Positions 48,937-58,476 of a DNA stretch of 64,000 bases are shown piece after piece. The stretch comes from an uncultured Acidobacteriota bacterium. GTDB taxonomy: Bacteria; Acidobacteriota; UBA6911. The notes under the pieces were generated by a model that was not told the DNA's origin, did no database searches, and saw only the letters and a program-made list of their open reading frames with translations. Position 1 is the stretch's first letter. Every line of letters begins with the position of its first letter. The stretch covers positions 1 to 64,000 of the forward strand of contig CAWHCF010000017.1 of NCBI GenBank assembly GCA_963827655.1, in the 5' to 3' direction. The translations under genes and the position numbers were made by a program.

Positions 48937-51863
48937 TAATCCCTGTCCTTTTTCTTCCGTTTTTCCCTGCGTGATCTCGAAGATCGTAGTCGTGCCGCTG
49001 ATCTCGTTCCCCACGACGAGCAGCGGCCCCTTGATCGGACTGTCCTTCTCATCGATGAACAAGATCCCTTCAGGCCCGAGGTCGCCCGCCTGCGGGGTGC
49101 CGGGCGCGGAACCGAAGTCGCGCCGGTTTACGTAGGTGATGAAGACAGGTTCATGAGGATCGCTGATGTCGTACACCACCACACCGCCGATGCGCTCGAG
49201 CCCTATGAACGCGTAGGTGTTTCCTGCCACCGTCCCGATCGCGATTCCCTCCGGCTCCGGGCCTTTGTCATCACTGCGGTTGTCGAAATCGTTGCTGGTG
49301 TTAGAGGCGTTGAAGTTGGCCGGAGAGGTGATGGCGGTTATCCATTCCAGCTGGTCGCTGCTGTCGAATACCAGCTCGCCGGTCTCGCTCCAGATGGAAA
49401 ACGACCTGGTACCGAAGGCAAACAGTTGTTCAAAGGCGCCCGTCGCCGGATTCCTGCCCAGCGTGTTTGTGATATTCAGCCGGCCCAGGTTGGCATTGTT
49501 CTTGAGCACAGCACCGTCAGGAAATGCCGCCGGGTCCAGGTTAACGCTGCCGATGCGCACTGCTTCCTGGAAAGCGCTGTACTCGCGCGCATCCCCTTCG
49601 TTCGCGGTCACCAGGTAGGTATCGGAACGAGATTTATAAGAAGCAATTGCCGTCGGGCAAGAACAGGCCCTTTACCGGCCACTGTCGGATGTTGATCTTG
49701 TTATCCCGGTCGCTGGCATCGAGGCCGTTCAGACGGACATCGATGATGCCGAGCTGCTCCGGTTCGGGCACATAGTTCAAGGTGAACTTGCCGTCCGGAT
49801 GGATCGTGATATTGGCCACGCCGAAATCGTTGTCGTTGATCACCGCGAGCGTCCATGGATCAATAACCGCCAATCCTTCGACTTTCTGCGCGCGATTGTA
49901 GCCGGCTTTGTTGAGATCCACATGCAGGCTCTTCGCGATCGGCTGGATGCCGTTGGCCACCATTTCGGCGACGCTGAGCTGATCCACGGTCTTGCCCGTC
50001 GATCCCACGACGCCTGTGAGCGCCGTCACGTCCGTGGCGCCGGTGAGATTGAACCGGTAGATCTTCTTCTCTATGTGGGCCGGATTGTCATCCGGCAGCG
50101 CATCGTCATCGCGCTCCAGCGCCAGGAACTCGCCGTATCCGAGCGAGACGGCGTCACCGATCTTGTCCGCGCGGGTATTCGGTTCGGGGCCGAGATCCGG
50201 ATTGTCCAGCACGTAGATGAACTGCCGGGTGGCTCGCGTCGTGGGATTGAACTCGACCACTCGGATGTTACGCATCTGGTTGAGCGCACTGTTCGCGAGG
50301 GTCGGCGGATTGCGCAACGGGCTTTGCATGAAGGCATAGATTTTGCCGTCGTCATAGGCAACCCCCTCGAAGCCCCGGTTCTGGCGGCGTTGGCCGAGCA
50401 CCGCGGGAAGGACCTCGGTCCCGTACGTGCCGGCCGGCTTGACCGGCTGCGGCGGCTGTGCCCATCGGAACGAAGCGGTCAAGCAGCACTCCGGCGGCGC
50501 TGAAGTGGTAGATCGCCGGGCGATACTCGTCAACCATCCAGAATGTGCCGTTGCTTGGATCGATGACGATGCCTTCGAGGTCGGCGCCAAAGGGGTCGAG
50601 CGGGAGAAGGTTGCCGAGCAGGTTGACGGGCACCTCGTCGTTGTAGGGCGTATTACCTGAATCGCCCAGGGCCGTGTTGGACAATCCGGTGAGCGGGGCT
50701 CCAGACGCCCAGCTTCAGCGGAATGATCTGGGTCACGTCGATCCGGTTGCCGTCCAGCTCGAACCGCACCAGTTGTGGAGTGAAGTCCGGCAGAAGGAAA
50801 GGGCGTAATATGCCGGTCGGCTCGGCATTAGGACCACGGTCGGTGTGGGTGATGAACTTGAGCGCTCCGCTGACAGGATGAGTTCCCTCGAAGTGCAACC
50901 CGGAGAATCCGCCCAGGAAGAGCGTCTGGTTTCCCAGTGTTCTCCCGATCGGGGGGAGAGATGACGAACGGAAATTGTAGCGTCTTCGCGGTTGCCTCAA
51001 CCTTGCTATGGTCCTTGTGACCGAGTGCTGCGAGCTTTGTAACCACGGCTCTCTTGATGTCGATGATGGCAATAGCATTGTTCTCCTGGAGTGTCACATA
51101 GGCTGTCTTCGAATCGTGACTGACGGCAATGTACTCCGGTTCCATGTCCTGCGAGACTCTGGCGCCCGGCCCGAAGATGCGGATTCCAGGGGGAAGCGGG
51201 CCGGTATTGAACGCCCGAAAATCCACGGTGCGCACATCGTCCTGCTTCAGCTTCGCGACGTCACCTTTCATCTGGATGATGCTCACCGAGCCTTCGGGAT
51301 CGATGGTATAGGTGTCGTTGGGTTCCCCTTCGTTGGCGATCAGCAGCCAATCCCCATCCGGTGAGAAGGTCAACATGTCCGGGAGCGCCCCGACCTGCTA
51401 GAACGTTGAGGACTCTCAGGTCCTTGGCGCTGAAAAACACGACCTTGCCGGGATCGGTCTTGATGGCGTTTTCAACCGCCACAGCGACGACACCTTTGTC
51501 CACGGCCACGCTGTTGGCAACGGCCCCGTAGGGCCTGACGTCGATCTGGGCCACGCGGGTGACAGCGGCTGGATTCGCTATAGTCAGCACGTCGACCGTG
51601 GCCGACAGGGCATTCACGACGAAGAGCCGCTGGGTCTTGGGGTCGTGCGCTACGATCTCGGCGCCCCCCGCATTGAAAATGCCGCTCGCATAGGAACCGA
51701 TCGGCTTCAGCTTGATTGATTCGCGGTCGTCCTGGTCGTCTGCCGGAGCAAGTGTCGCGGTCAAGGCGAGGGAAACAGCCAGCAGGGGACCCAACAAGGT
51801 CGAAAGCCTGGTTCCACGTGTCAAAGTTTGTTTCATCGGGCGTTGAAATGCCATGTAGCGCAT
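48935..51863 (-). CDS. Secreted alkaline phosphatase-like (choice-of-anchor I) protein with an inserted phytase-like domain; about 5 frameshifts
   Basis: ANEGEP, DPEGSVS, EPEYI, TLQENNA | TDRGPN, DEYRP, NRGFEG, NDNDFG | ANEGDAR, RSDDKGPEPEG, GLERIGG, DLGPEG; 3' end approximate. Confidence 0.82.
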
Positions 51864-51931
51864 GAGCAGCCTCCGGGTCGTAGAGATCACAAGATTTCGG
51901 ATGCGAAGGAGGGAGATCGTGCCCTGGAGAT

Positions 51932-51969
51932 GTGAACCATTTTTGACAGTCTTGTGACTTAAAGGTTAA
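51932..51969 (-). promoter_or_regulatory. Pho box-like array (PhoB/OmpR-family sites)
   Basis: Minus strand TTAAC, GTCAC, GTCAA, TTCAC half-sites at exact 11-bp spacing upstream of the phosphatase gene. Confidence 0.7.
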
Positions 51970-52141
51970 GAACCTGCGGCGGAAAACGCAGCAGTACCTG
52001 TCCAGGAACGGGCAACAGATTTACAACTCGGTCCAATACGGAGGAACAGTTAAACCTCTTTTGGTGTCAAAACAGCGGGCTTTCTTGGTCGCAAAGGTCA
52101 GGCGTGCCGGGTGAGTTCAAGCAAGTTCAAGGAGGATAAGC

Positions 52142-52528
52142 ATGACGACAAGGGCTTTAACCCTTACCATCCTGTGGCTCATGGAGGCTGCGGTCTATGC
52201 TCAGGCTGGAGTCGCGGGTAAGTGGCGCACAGCCGAACAACCAAACCCGGAACTAGTAATCCGATTGGACCTCGAAACAGACGGAGCCCGGGTGTCTGGC
52301 ACCGTAACCCATTTCGAACAGGAGCCGCGTCAGATTTCAAACGGAAGAGTAGACGGATCGAAACTCAGCTTTGAAACCGCGGGGCTGCTTAACGGCGAAG
52401 AAGTTACTGTTTCCTGGCACGGTGAAGTCAAAGGTGACGACCTTGCCCTGAGCCGCCGAATCCAGATGCCCAACGGTCGCATCATCACCCCTTCGGGCGA
52501 CCCACATAAATTTCATCGAGCGAAGTAG
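52142..52528 (+). CDS. Small exported hypothetical protein
   Basis: AGGAGG RBS, signal peptide, VAGKW...beta-rich domain. Confidence 0.75.
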   Translation: MTTRALTLTILWLMEAAVYAQAGVAGKWRTAEQPNPELVIRLDLETDGARVSGTVTHFEQEPRQISNGRVDGSKLSFETAGLLNGEEVTVSWHGEVKGDDLALSRRIQMPNGRIITPSGDPHKFHRAK

Positions 52529-52764
52529 TCGGGCTTGCCTCTCGTGGCTCGCGAAGGGCTCGAGATCGAAGTCCCATGGTCCCGGGCCGCCGGGCCGCTA
52601 ATCTCGCGGCCGAGCGGCCTGGTCCTCGATGAATGCTACCGCTTTGAAACTGAGGACAGGGAAGCCGCCGGTGTTCACTGTCGGCTCCGCTGGTGACGTG
52701 AAAGCGTCCCGGGTCAGCGTGCTTCCGGCGGACGCCGGCAGGGTCGGGATTCATGTTGGGGGCG

Positions 52765-53014
52765 AATTCGTCAGGGCTTGGTTGCCTGGATCTCCAGCCC
52801 GGTGCAGATGTTGGCGCGGTGCGTCTGGAACCGTGCGGTAGCTGAAAAGAGTGCCTCGGCTATCCCCGGGCTGGTCTTGTATTCGGAGATCAGCTTGAGA
52901 ATGCGCCGCTTGGCTGGGCGGCCAGGTCGTCGAGCCCAGGCCTATGCCGGTCACGACCGGCGCCGGGCGGGGGTCCGCTGGATCAGGCAGGAGGAATGGC
53001 CGGGGCTGGCGTAG
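52765..53014 (-). pseudogene. Decayed NarL/LuxR-family HTH remnant
   Basis: Across several indels: PGLDDL..RRILKLISEYKTS..IAEALF..SYRTV..QTHRANIC..LEI; no receiver domain or start seen. Confidence 0.75.
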
Positions 53015-53045
53015 TAATCCCCGGCACTCAAAGAAACGCTAAGGG

Positions 53046-54857
53046 CTACCGGTTTTGGGCCGCTGCGCTTTCCGTGCCGGCGTAATAGCCTCGTCGGGCA
53101 TTGATGGAATAGTCGCTGTTCAGGCGACCGAAGCGGTCGTTGAGGCGAACCTCGATTCTGCGAAAGGTACTGTCACGGGTGCCGTTGCTGGATTGGTATC
53201 CCAGGGTGTAACGCAGCTTCAACCGCGATATGGCCGCGGCCATGGCCGCGTCGAGCGAGCCGGTTGTAGAAACGTCAATGATTTCTCCGCCCGTCTCCTC
53301 CGTAACTTTACTCACGGAACCGAACCCGCCCAACCAGAGGGGGACCCGCATCGTCACCGGCGCTGCCTCCCCCGCAGTTTTCACGCTATAAATGACGGTT
53401 TCCGTTTCCATCGCGAATCGAATGAGCTGGTCCTGGCTCATGCGCGGCCTGGTGGTGGCCAGGTTGTCTGAGATCAGGATGACCGCGCGGCGCTTGTCCG
53501 GCGCAACCAGGCTGAGGTAGTTTACCGCGTCGAAGAGCCCATCAACGATATTAGTGCCGCCGCCGGCGCGGATCTCAGAGATGCGATCGGCGATTCGCTG
53601 ACGGTCGGTGGTCAAGTCTTCGAGCCGCTGCACCTCTCCGGCAAAGGTAAACAGGGCGACCTGGTCGCCACGCTTAAGCTGTGACAGCGCCTTATAGGCG
53701 GCCTGGCGTATCTCGGACATGTAGGGGGCGACACTCCCGCTGCGATCAATCACGAGAGCGAGGGCCAGAGGCAGTTCATCGCGGGAGAAGGACTGGATCT
53801 CCTGTTCGATTCCGTCTTCAAAGATCCGAAAATCCGGCTGTTTCAAGTTCTCGAGAGGGCGGCCGCCCCGGTCGCGCACTATGGCGTCGACCATCACCAG
53901 CCGCACGTCGACTTTGAGCTTGTATCCGCCGGAGTCCCAGTCGGGCGGAGAAGGGAGAGGCGCACTCGAAGGCGGGATCGGCTGGCGGGATGCAGCCTCG
54001 GCCGGGGCAGGGCCAGGATCGGCGGATTCAGCTTCGTCCTTCGTGAAATCGGGAACGGGTTCTACCTTGTCCTCCACCGGTCGAGTATCGCGGGTCGACG
54101 GAAACCTGCTGAGAATCGGGCGCGACGGAGACGGTGACGGAGATGGTGAGGGCGGCGAAGTATTTTGAGCTATCTGAATTGAGCGCTGTACGGCGGTGAC
54201 GGGAACGCTGAAAGCCTGGTCGAACATGGCTTCAAACAGCATGTCACGCGGCAAATCGAGATCGGGGCCGCGCTGAAGCAGGATGCTGGCCAGACCGATC
54301 CCTGCCCCAATGGCTCCTCCGTAAGCAGCGCCTTTAACTCCTCCAGCCATGGTACCAAGGACGGCGCCCTGCAGTCCCCCTTGAGCCACGACCGTAATGC
54401 TCCCGCCGTTGCCGGCTTCACCTTTTAACTGAGGCTCGCCTTTCTTGGCTTTGTCTACCTGGGTCAAACCAGCTCGCGTCACGCTCGCTTTGAGGGGCAG
54501 GTTGGTGCCGTCGGGAAGGCGAACCTCCTCAAAACGCAACCTGAGCTCGGCGCGCCCCTTGACTCGACCCGGACGTTGAACCTTGCTGACGGTGGCAGTG
54601 ACCGAGCTTCCGCTTGGAATCGCGATCTCGCCGCCGACTCGAACGGGTTCGATCGTTCTGAAGTGAACCCGGTCGCCCTGACGTGAGGTCTGGGTATGAA
54701 GCGACGTCTCGAGTTGCAAGATCAGCCTCTCACCCGAGGGGACCGCGAGGGAATCAGCCGAGGGGCCGCTCGACTGCGCCAGGAGAGATGAGAATGGAGC
54801 AACCATCGCTCCCAGCACAAGAATTGCCACGCTGAGGACTGGTTTTAGGTAAGTCAT
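53046..54857 (-). CDS. VWA domain protein (Acidobacterial type) with N-terminal TrbI-like/glycine-zipper domain and Pro-rich linker
   Basis: LKVDVRLVMVD...FEDGIEQEI, IDRSGS MIDAS, ETGG, YTLGY, ARRGYY. Confidence 0.88.
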   Translation of the reverse strand: MTYLKPVLSVAILVLGAMVAPFSSLLAQSSGPSADSLAVPSGERLILQLETSLHTQTSRQGDRVHFRTIEPVRVGGEIAIPSGSSVTATVSKVQRPGRVKGRAELRLRFEEVRLPDGTNLPLKASVTRAGLTQVDKAKKGEPQLKGEAGNGGSITVVAQGGLQGAVLGTMAGGVKGAAYGGAIGAGIGLASILLQRGPDLDLPRDMLFEAMFDQAFSVPVTAVQRSIQIAQNTSPPSPSPSPSPSRPILSRFPSTRDTRPVEDKVEPVPDFTKDEAESADPGPAPAEAASRQPIPPSSAPLPSPPDWDSGGYKLKVDVRLVMVDAIVRDRGGRPLENLKQPDFRIFEDGIEQEIQSFSRDELPLALALVIDRSGSVAPYMSEIRQAAYKALSQLKRGDQVALFTFAGEVQRLEDLTTDRQRIADRISEIRAGGGTNIVDGLFDAVNYLSLVAPDKRRAVILISDNLATTRPRMSQDQLIRFAMETETVIYSVKTAGEAAPVTMRVPLWLGGFGSVSKVTEETGGEIIDVSTTGSLDAAMAAAISRLKLRYTLGYQSSNGTRDSTFRRIEVRLNDRFGRLNSDYSINARRGYYAGTESAAAQNR

Positions 54858-55054
54858 GGTGCGGTTCCTTGAAACACGTTAAATACGTACAAAAATGCTA
54901 AGTATTGTAGATGAAGAGAGGCTCTGGAATGGTTCAAAAAATTCCTCTACATTCTGAATCGAAGTAATTTGTGGTTTCTTCGTGACTTCGCGTCTTTTGG
55001 TTGACCAGCCAGGCATCAAGCCGGCATAGCCCCCTTCAGGTGTCGACCGCCGGA

Positions 55055-55180
55055 TCAATTCACGGCGGGACCGATCCAGACCGTCTGGATGTTTACGAAT
55101 TCTCGAATGCCGAACTCCGAAGCGCTTGAGCATTCTTCGGTCGCGGGATTGATCGATTCGATGATTCCGTGAGAAGCCAT
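55055..55180 (-). pseudogene. Internally deleted aldehyde dehydrogenase (SSADH-like) mini-ORF
   Basis: GGAGG RBS then MASHGIIESINPATEE-CSSA-SEFGIREFVNIQTVWIGPAVN*, i.e. ALDH N- and C-termini fused. Confidence 0.75.
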
Positions 55181-55261
55181 ATTCACCTCCGGCAGGCCGG
55201 CAGCAGGGGCACCCGACTACGACCCACAGCTTTCAGCCTTCAGCCTACTGTTTACTGCGTA

Positions 55262-56944
55262 CTACTTGCTGCCTGTTACTGCTTGCTGCAACCTGGCAAC
55301 CTGGGCGTCGATGACCGGGTCTTCGATCTTTTGGAACAGGATTTCCCTCGGCCCGAGGGGTTGGCCTTCAGGCAGCCTCAGCGTGGAGACCTCATCCCAG
55401 CGGCGGTAGTCGGGCGCCTTCAGCATCTGGCGCAGCTTTTCGGCCGAGAACGGCATGAAAGGCTCCATCAAGAGCGCGAGCGCCGCCTGGAGCTGCAGGG
55501 CGGTGTTGAGCGTAGTCGCGCACCGCGCCCGATCGGTCTTTGCCGTGGACCAGGGTGCCGCGTCGTTGAAATACTTGTTTCCGGCGCGGGCCAGATCCAT
55601 CAATTCCCCTAACGCCCGCCGCACTTGAAATTCGTCCAGTGACTTTCCGATCCGGCCAGCGGCGGCGACCGTCTCGGCCAGAATCGCGCAATCGACGGGG
55701 GCGAGCGGCCCCGCCGGAGGAACCTTTCCTTCAAATTGCCTCTCGATGAACGAGAGGGTGCGGTTCACCAGATTGCCCAGCACGTCTGCGAGTTCACTAT
55801 TGTTTCGGGTCTGGAAATCCTTCCACGCAAAGTCGGCGTCCTTGGTCTCAGGGGCATTGGCGGCCAGGTAATAGCGCAGGGGGTCAGGCGGGAAGATCTC
55901 CAGGTAGTCGTCGACCCATATCGCCCAGTTCCGGCTGGTGGAAAGCTTCTGTCCCTCAATCGTGAGAAACTCGTTGGCCGGGACATTGTCGGGCAGAATG
56001 TAGTCTCCGTGGGCCATGAGCATGGCGGGCCACACGATCGCATGGAAGACGATATTATCCTTCCCGATGAAATGGATCAGCCGCGTGTTGCGATCGCACC
56101 AATAATCCTTCCAGCGCTCTGGAGTGTTCAGTTTCTGCGCCCATTCGACAGTGGATGAGATGTAGCCGATCGGGGCATCAAACCAGACATAAAGCACTTT
56201 GCCTTTGGCTCCCTCCAGAGGGACCGGGATCCCCCAGTCAATGTCGCGCGTGATCGACCGGTCGGTCAGCCCTTCGTTGAACCAACCCGAGGAGAATTCG
56301 CGCACATTGCTTTTCCAGCGCGCCTTCGATTCCTGCCACTTCTCGAGAGCCTCTTGAAACTGCGAAAGTCTGAAATACCAGTGGAGCGTGGATCTCATTT
56401 CAGGCGCCGAGCCGCAAATCTTGCAGCGCGGGTTAATGAGCAACTCGGGTTCGAGCCAGCGGCCGCACGATTCGCACTGGTCACCGCGGGCCCCGGGGCG
56501 ATGGCAATGAGGACATTCCCCCTCGATATAGCGGTCGGGGAGAAATCGTCGGCACGTGACGCAGTAGTACTGCTTCACCTCCTGCTGTCGAATGTGCCCC
56601 TTGTCGTAGAGCTTCGAAAAAAAGTCTTGCGAGATCTTATGGTGCAACGGAAGAGAAGTGCGAGAGTAATTGTCGAAATTAATACCGAGAGCCCGAAAGC
56701 TCTCCTTTATCATCGAGTGGTACCGGTCCACGATCTCCTGCGGCGAAACACCCTCACGATCGGCGCGGATGGTAATCGGTACACCGTGCTCGTCGGAGCC
56801 GCAGATGAAAACGACGTCGCTCCCTTTGAGCTGCTGATACCTGACGTAAACATCCGCCGGAATGTAGGCCCCGGCCAGATGGCCCAGGTGTAAGGGCCCA
56901 TTGGCGTAGGGGAGGGCGGCGGTTACAAGTATTTTTTCAGGCAC
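55262..56944 (-). CDS. metG: Methionine--tRNA ligase (short form)
   Basis: TAALPYANGPLHLGH, GSDEHG, Zn knuckles, YVWFDAPIGY, KLSTS. Confidence 0.97.
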   Translation of the reverse strand: MPEKILVTAALPYANGPLHLGHLAGAYIPADVYVRYQQLKGSDVVFICGSDEHGVPITIRADREGVSPQEIVDRYHSMIKESFRALGINFDNYSRTSLPLHHKISQDFFSKLYDKGHIRQQEVKQYYCVTCRRFLPDRYIEGECPHCHRPGARGDQCESCGRWLEPELLINPRCKICGSAPEMRSTLHWYFRLSQFQEALEKWQESKARWKSNVREFSSGWFNEGLTDRSITRDIDWGIPVPLEGAKGKVLYVWFDAPIGYISSTVEWAQKLNTPERWKDYWCDRNTRLIHFIGKDNIVFHAIVWPAMLMAHGDYILPDNVPANEFLTIEGQKLSTSRNWAIWVDDYLEIFPPDPLRYYLAANAPETKDADFAWKDFQTRNNSELADVLGNLVNRTLSFIERQFEGKVPPAGPLAPVDCAILAETVAAAGRIGKSLDEFQVRRALGELMDLARAGNKYFNDAAPWSTAKTDRARCATTLNTALQLQAALALLMEPFMPFSAEKLRQMLKAPDYRRWDEVSTLRLPEGQPLGPREILFQKIEDPVIDAQVARLQQAVTGSK

Positions 56945-56946
56945 TG

Positions 56947-57258
56947 CATCCCTCCGGCGTCGTGGATAAAGAGCGTAATAGTACCATACGCCTCAAATGG
57001 AGACTGACCATTGTCCCTGCGGCTTCAGGTCAAGAAATCGTCAATCGTCAATCGTCAATCGAGAGGTGGCTGGGGCGAGAGTTACATAGTCGGTGAGGGC
57101 TTCATCCCTCCGGCGTCGTGGATAAAGAGCGTAATAGTACCATACGCCTCAAGGGAGACTGGCCATTGTCCCTGCGGCTTCAGGTCAAGAAAATCGTCAA
57201 TCGTCAATCGTCAATCGAGAGGTGGCTGGGGCGAGAGTTACATAGTCGGTGAGGGCTT
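56947..57258. repeat. ~156-bp imperfect tandem duplication
   Basis: catccctccggcgtcg...gtgagggctt starts at both 56947 and 57103. Confidence 0.92.
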
Positions 57259-57763
57259 CGCGCGTCGACGGGAAGGCCAGCTCTTCCCAGGGAATCTCGG
57301 ACGGCTCGAAGGCGCGTACTTCCTGGCTTTCGCTGGTTCGGCCGGCAACTCCTCCCGTCACCGTAGCGAGATACACAACCAGCACGACTCCCACCTGGCT
57401 GTAAGAGTAGACATTCAGCAGGTCGTCGAGCCTGATATCGAGCAGTGTTTCTTCAAGGGTTTCTCGGATGGCAGCGTCGGGAACGCGCTCCCCCAGGTCT
57501 ACATAGCCGCCAGGGAATGTCCACCGGCCGTAGCCCGGTTCGATGTTGCGCCGCAGCAGCCAGATCCGGCCCTCCTGACGCGGTACGGCGGCGGCCACAA
57601 TCTTTGGATTCAAGTAGTAGATGAAACTGCAGCCCGAACAGAATTTCCGCACGCGTTGCTCAAACTCGATAAACTTATCTTCGAGCTTTCCGCCGCAGCG
57701 CGGACAATACTTGACCCAGGTTGAATCGACGCTGTGCTGGTGTGGATGGTAAGTCGAATGCAT
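57197..57763 (-). CDS. NUDIX hydrolase with N-terminal zinc ribbon
   Basis: YCPRCG...CSGC; GGYVDLGE...AAIRETLEET Nudix box. Confidence 0.92.
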   Translation of the reverse strand: MHSTYHPHQHSVDSTWVKYCPRCGGKLEDKFIEFEQRVRKFCSGCSFIYYLNPKIVAAAVPRQEGRIWLLRRNIEPGYGRWTFPGGYVDLGERVPDAAIRETLEETLLDIRLDDLLNVYSYSQVGVVLVVYLATVTGGVAGRTSESQEVRAFEPSEIPWEELAFPSTREALTDYVTLAPATSRLTIDD

Positions 57764-57879
57764 ATTCCGAGATTGTACGACCGAGGTCCAGTAGAAATCG
57801 AGAAGTATAGTAGCAGTAGGCAGTGGGCGGTAGCCAGTATGGCAATGCTGCCTGGTGCCTGCTGCATACTGATTTGTCC

Positions 57880-58323
57880 ATGATTCGAGACTATCGGCCT
57901 GGGGATTTCTGGCGCCTCTACGAGATCGACCATATCTGCTTCCGGTCTGATGTGTCCTATTCTCGAGCCGAGCTTCTCTTCTACTTGAAGCATCCTCAGT
58001 CCATTACCCGAGTTGCTCAAATGAAAAAGGAGATTCTCGGGTTTGCCATAGGGCGAATTGAGACGGACCGGTCGGCTCACGTTCTGACGTTAGACGTGGT
58101 GCCTGAGGCGCGCCGGCGAAAAATCGGAACCGCGTTGATGGCATCCCTGCACGATGCGTTCAAGGAACAAAGGGTGGTGATGAGCTTTCTGGAAGTGGAC
58201 TCGGCCGACCAGGGGGCGCAGCTGTTCTACCAGGCGATGAACTACAGATATGTTGAAACTCTGAGGGGTTACTATGGGGGGCGAAGCGACGCCTATCGCT
58301 TGATGCGCGTGATGACTGCTTGA
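57880..58323 (+). CDS. GNAT N-acetyltransferase (RimI-like)
   Basis: TLDVVPEARRRKIGTALM, LEV, AQLFY, YYG..DA. Confidence 0.88.
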   Translation: MIRDYRPGDFWRLYEIDHICFRSDVSYSRAELLFYLKHPQSITRVAQMKKEILGFAIGRIETDRSAHVLTLDVVPEARRRKIGTALMASLHDAFKEQRVVMSFLEVDSADQGAQLFYQAMNYRYVETLRGYYGGRSDAYRLMRVMTA

Positions 58324-58476
58324 TTGCAACAACCGCAAAAAATACGCAAAGAGCCGTGGGGCCACAACCAAAGTGATCCTGGTATTTCTCGGCTCTTCGC
58401 GGTTAGCGCTGCGGAACAAATACCAACTTGGACACGAAGAAACGCCAGGATCTCGACGAGAGAATCCTGAAAACCG

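Noticed and set aside
55262-56944. MetG lacking the C-terminal tRNA-binding/dimerisation domain
   Set aside because: Short monomeric MetRS forms are common.
57011-57724. ORF with a repeated KSSIVNRQSRGGWGESY segment
   Set aside because: By-product of the 156-bp duplication and antisense to the NUDIX gene.
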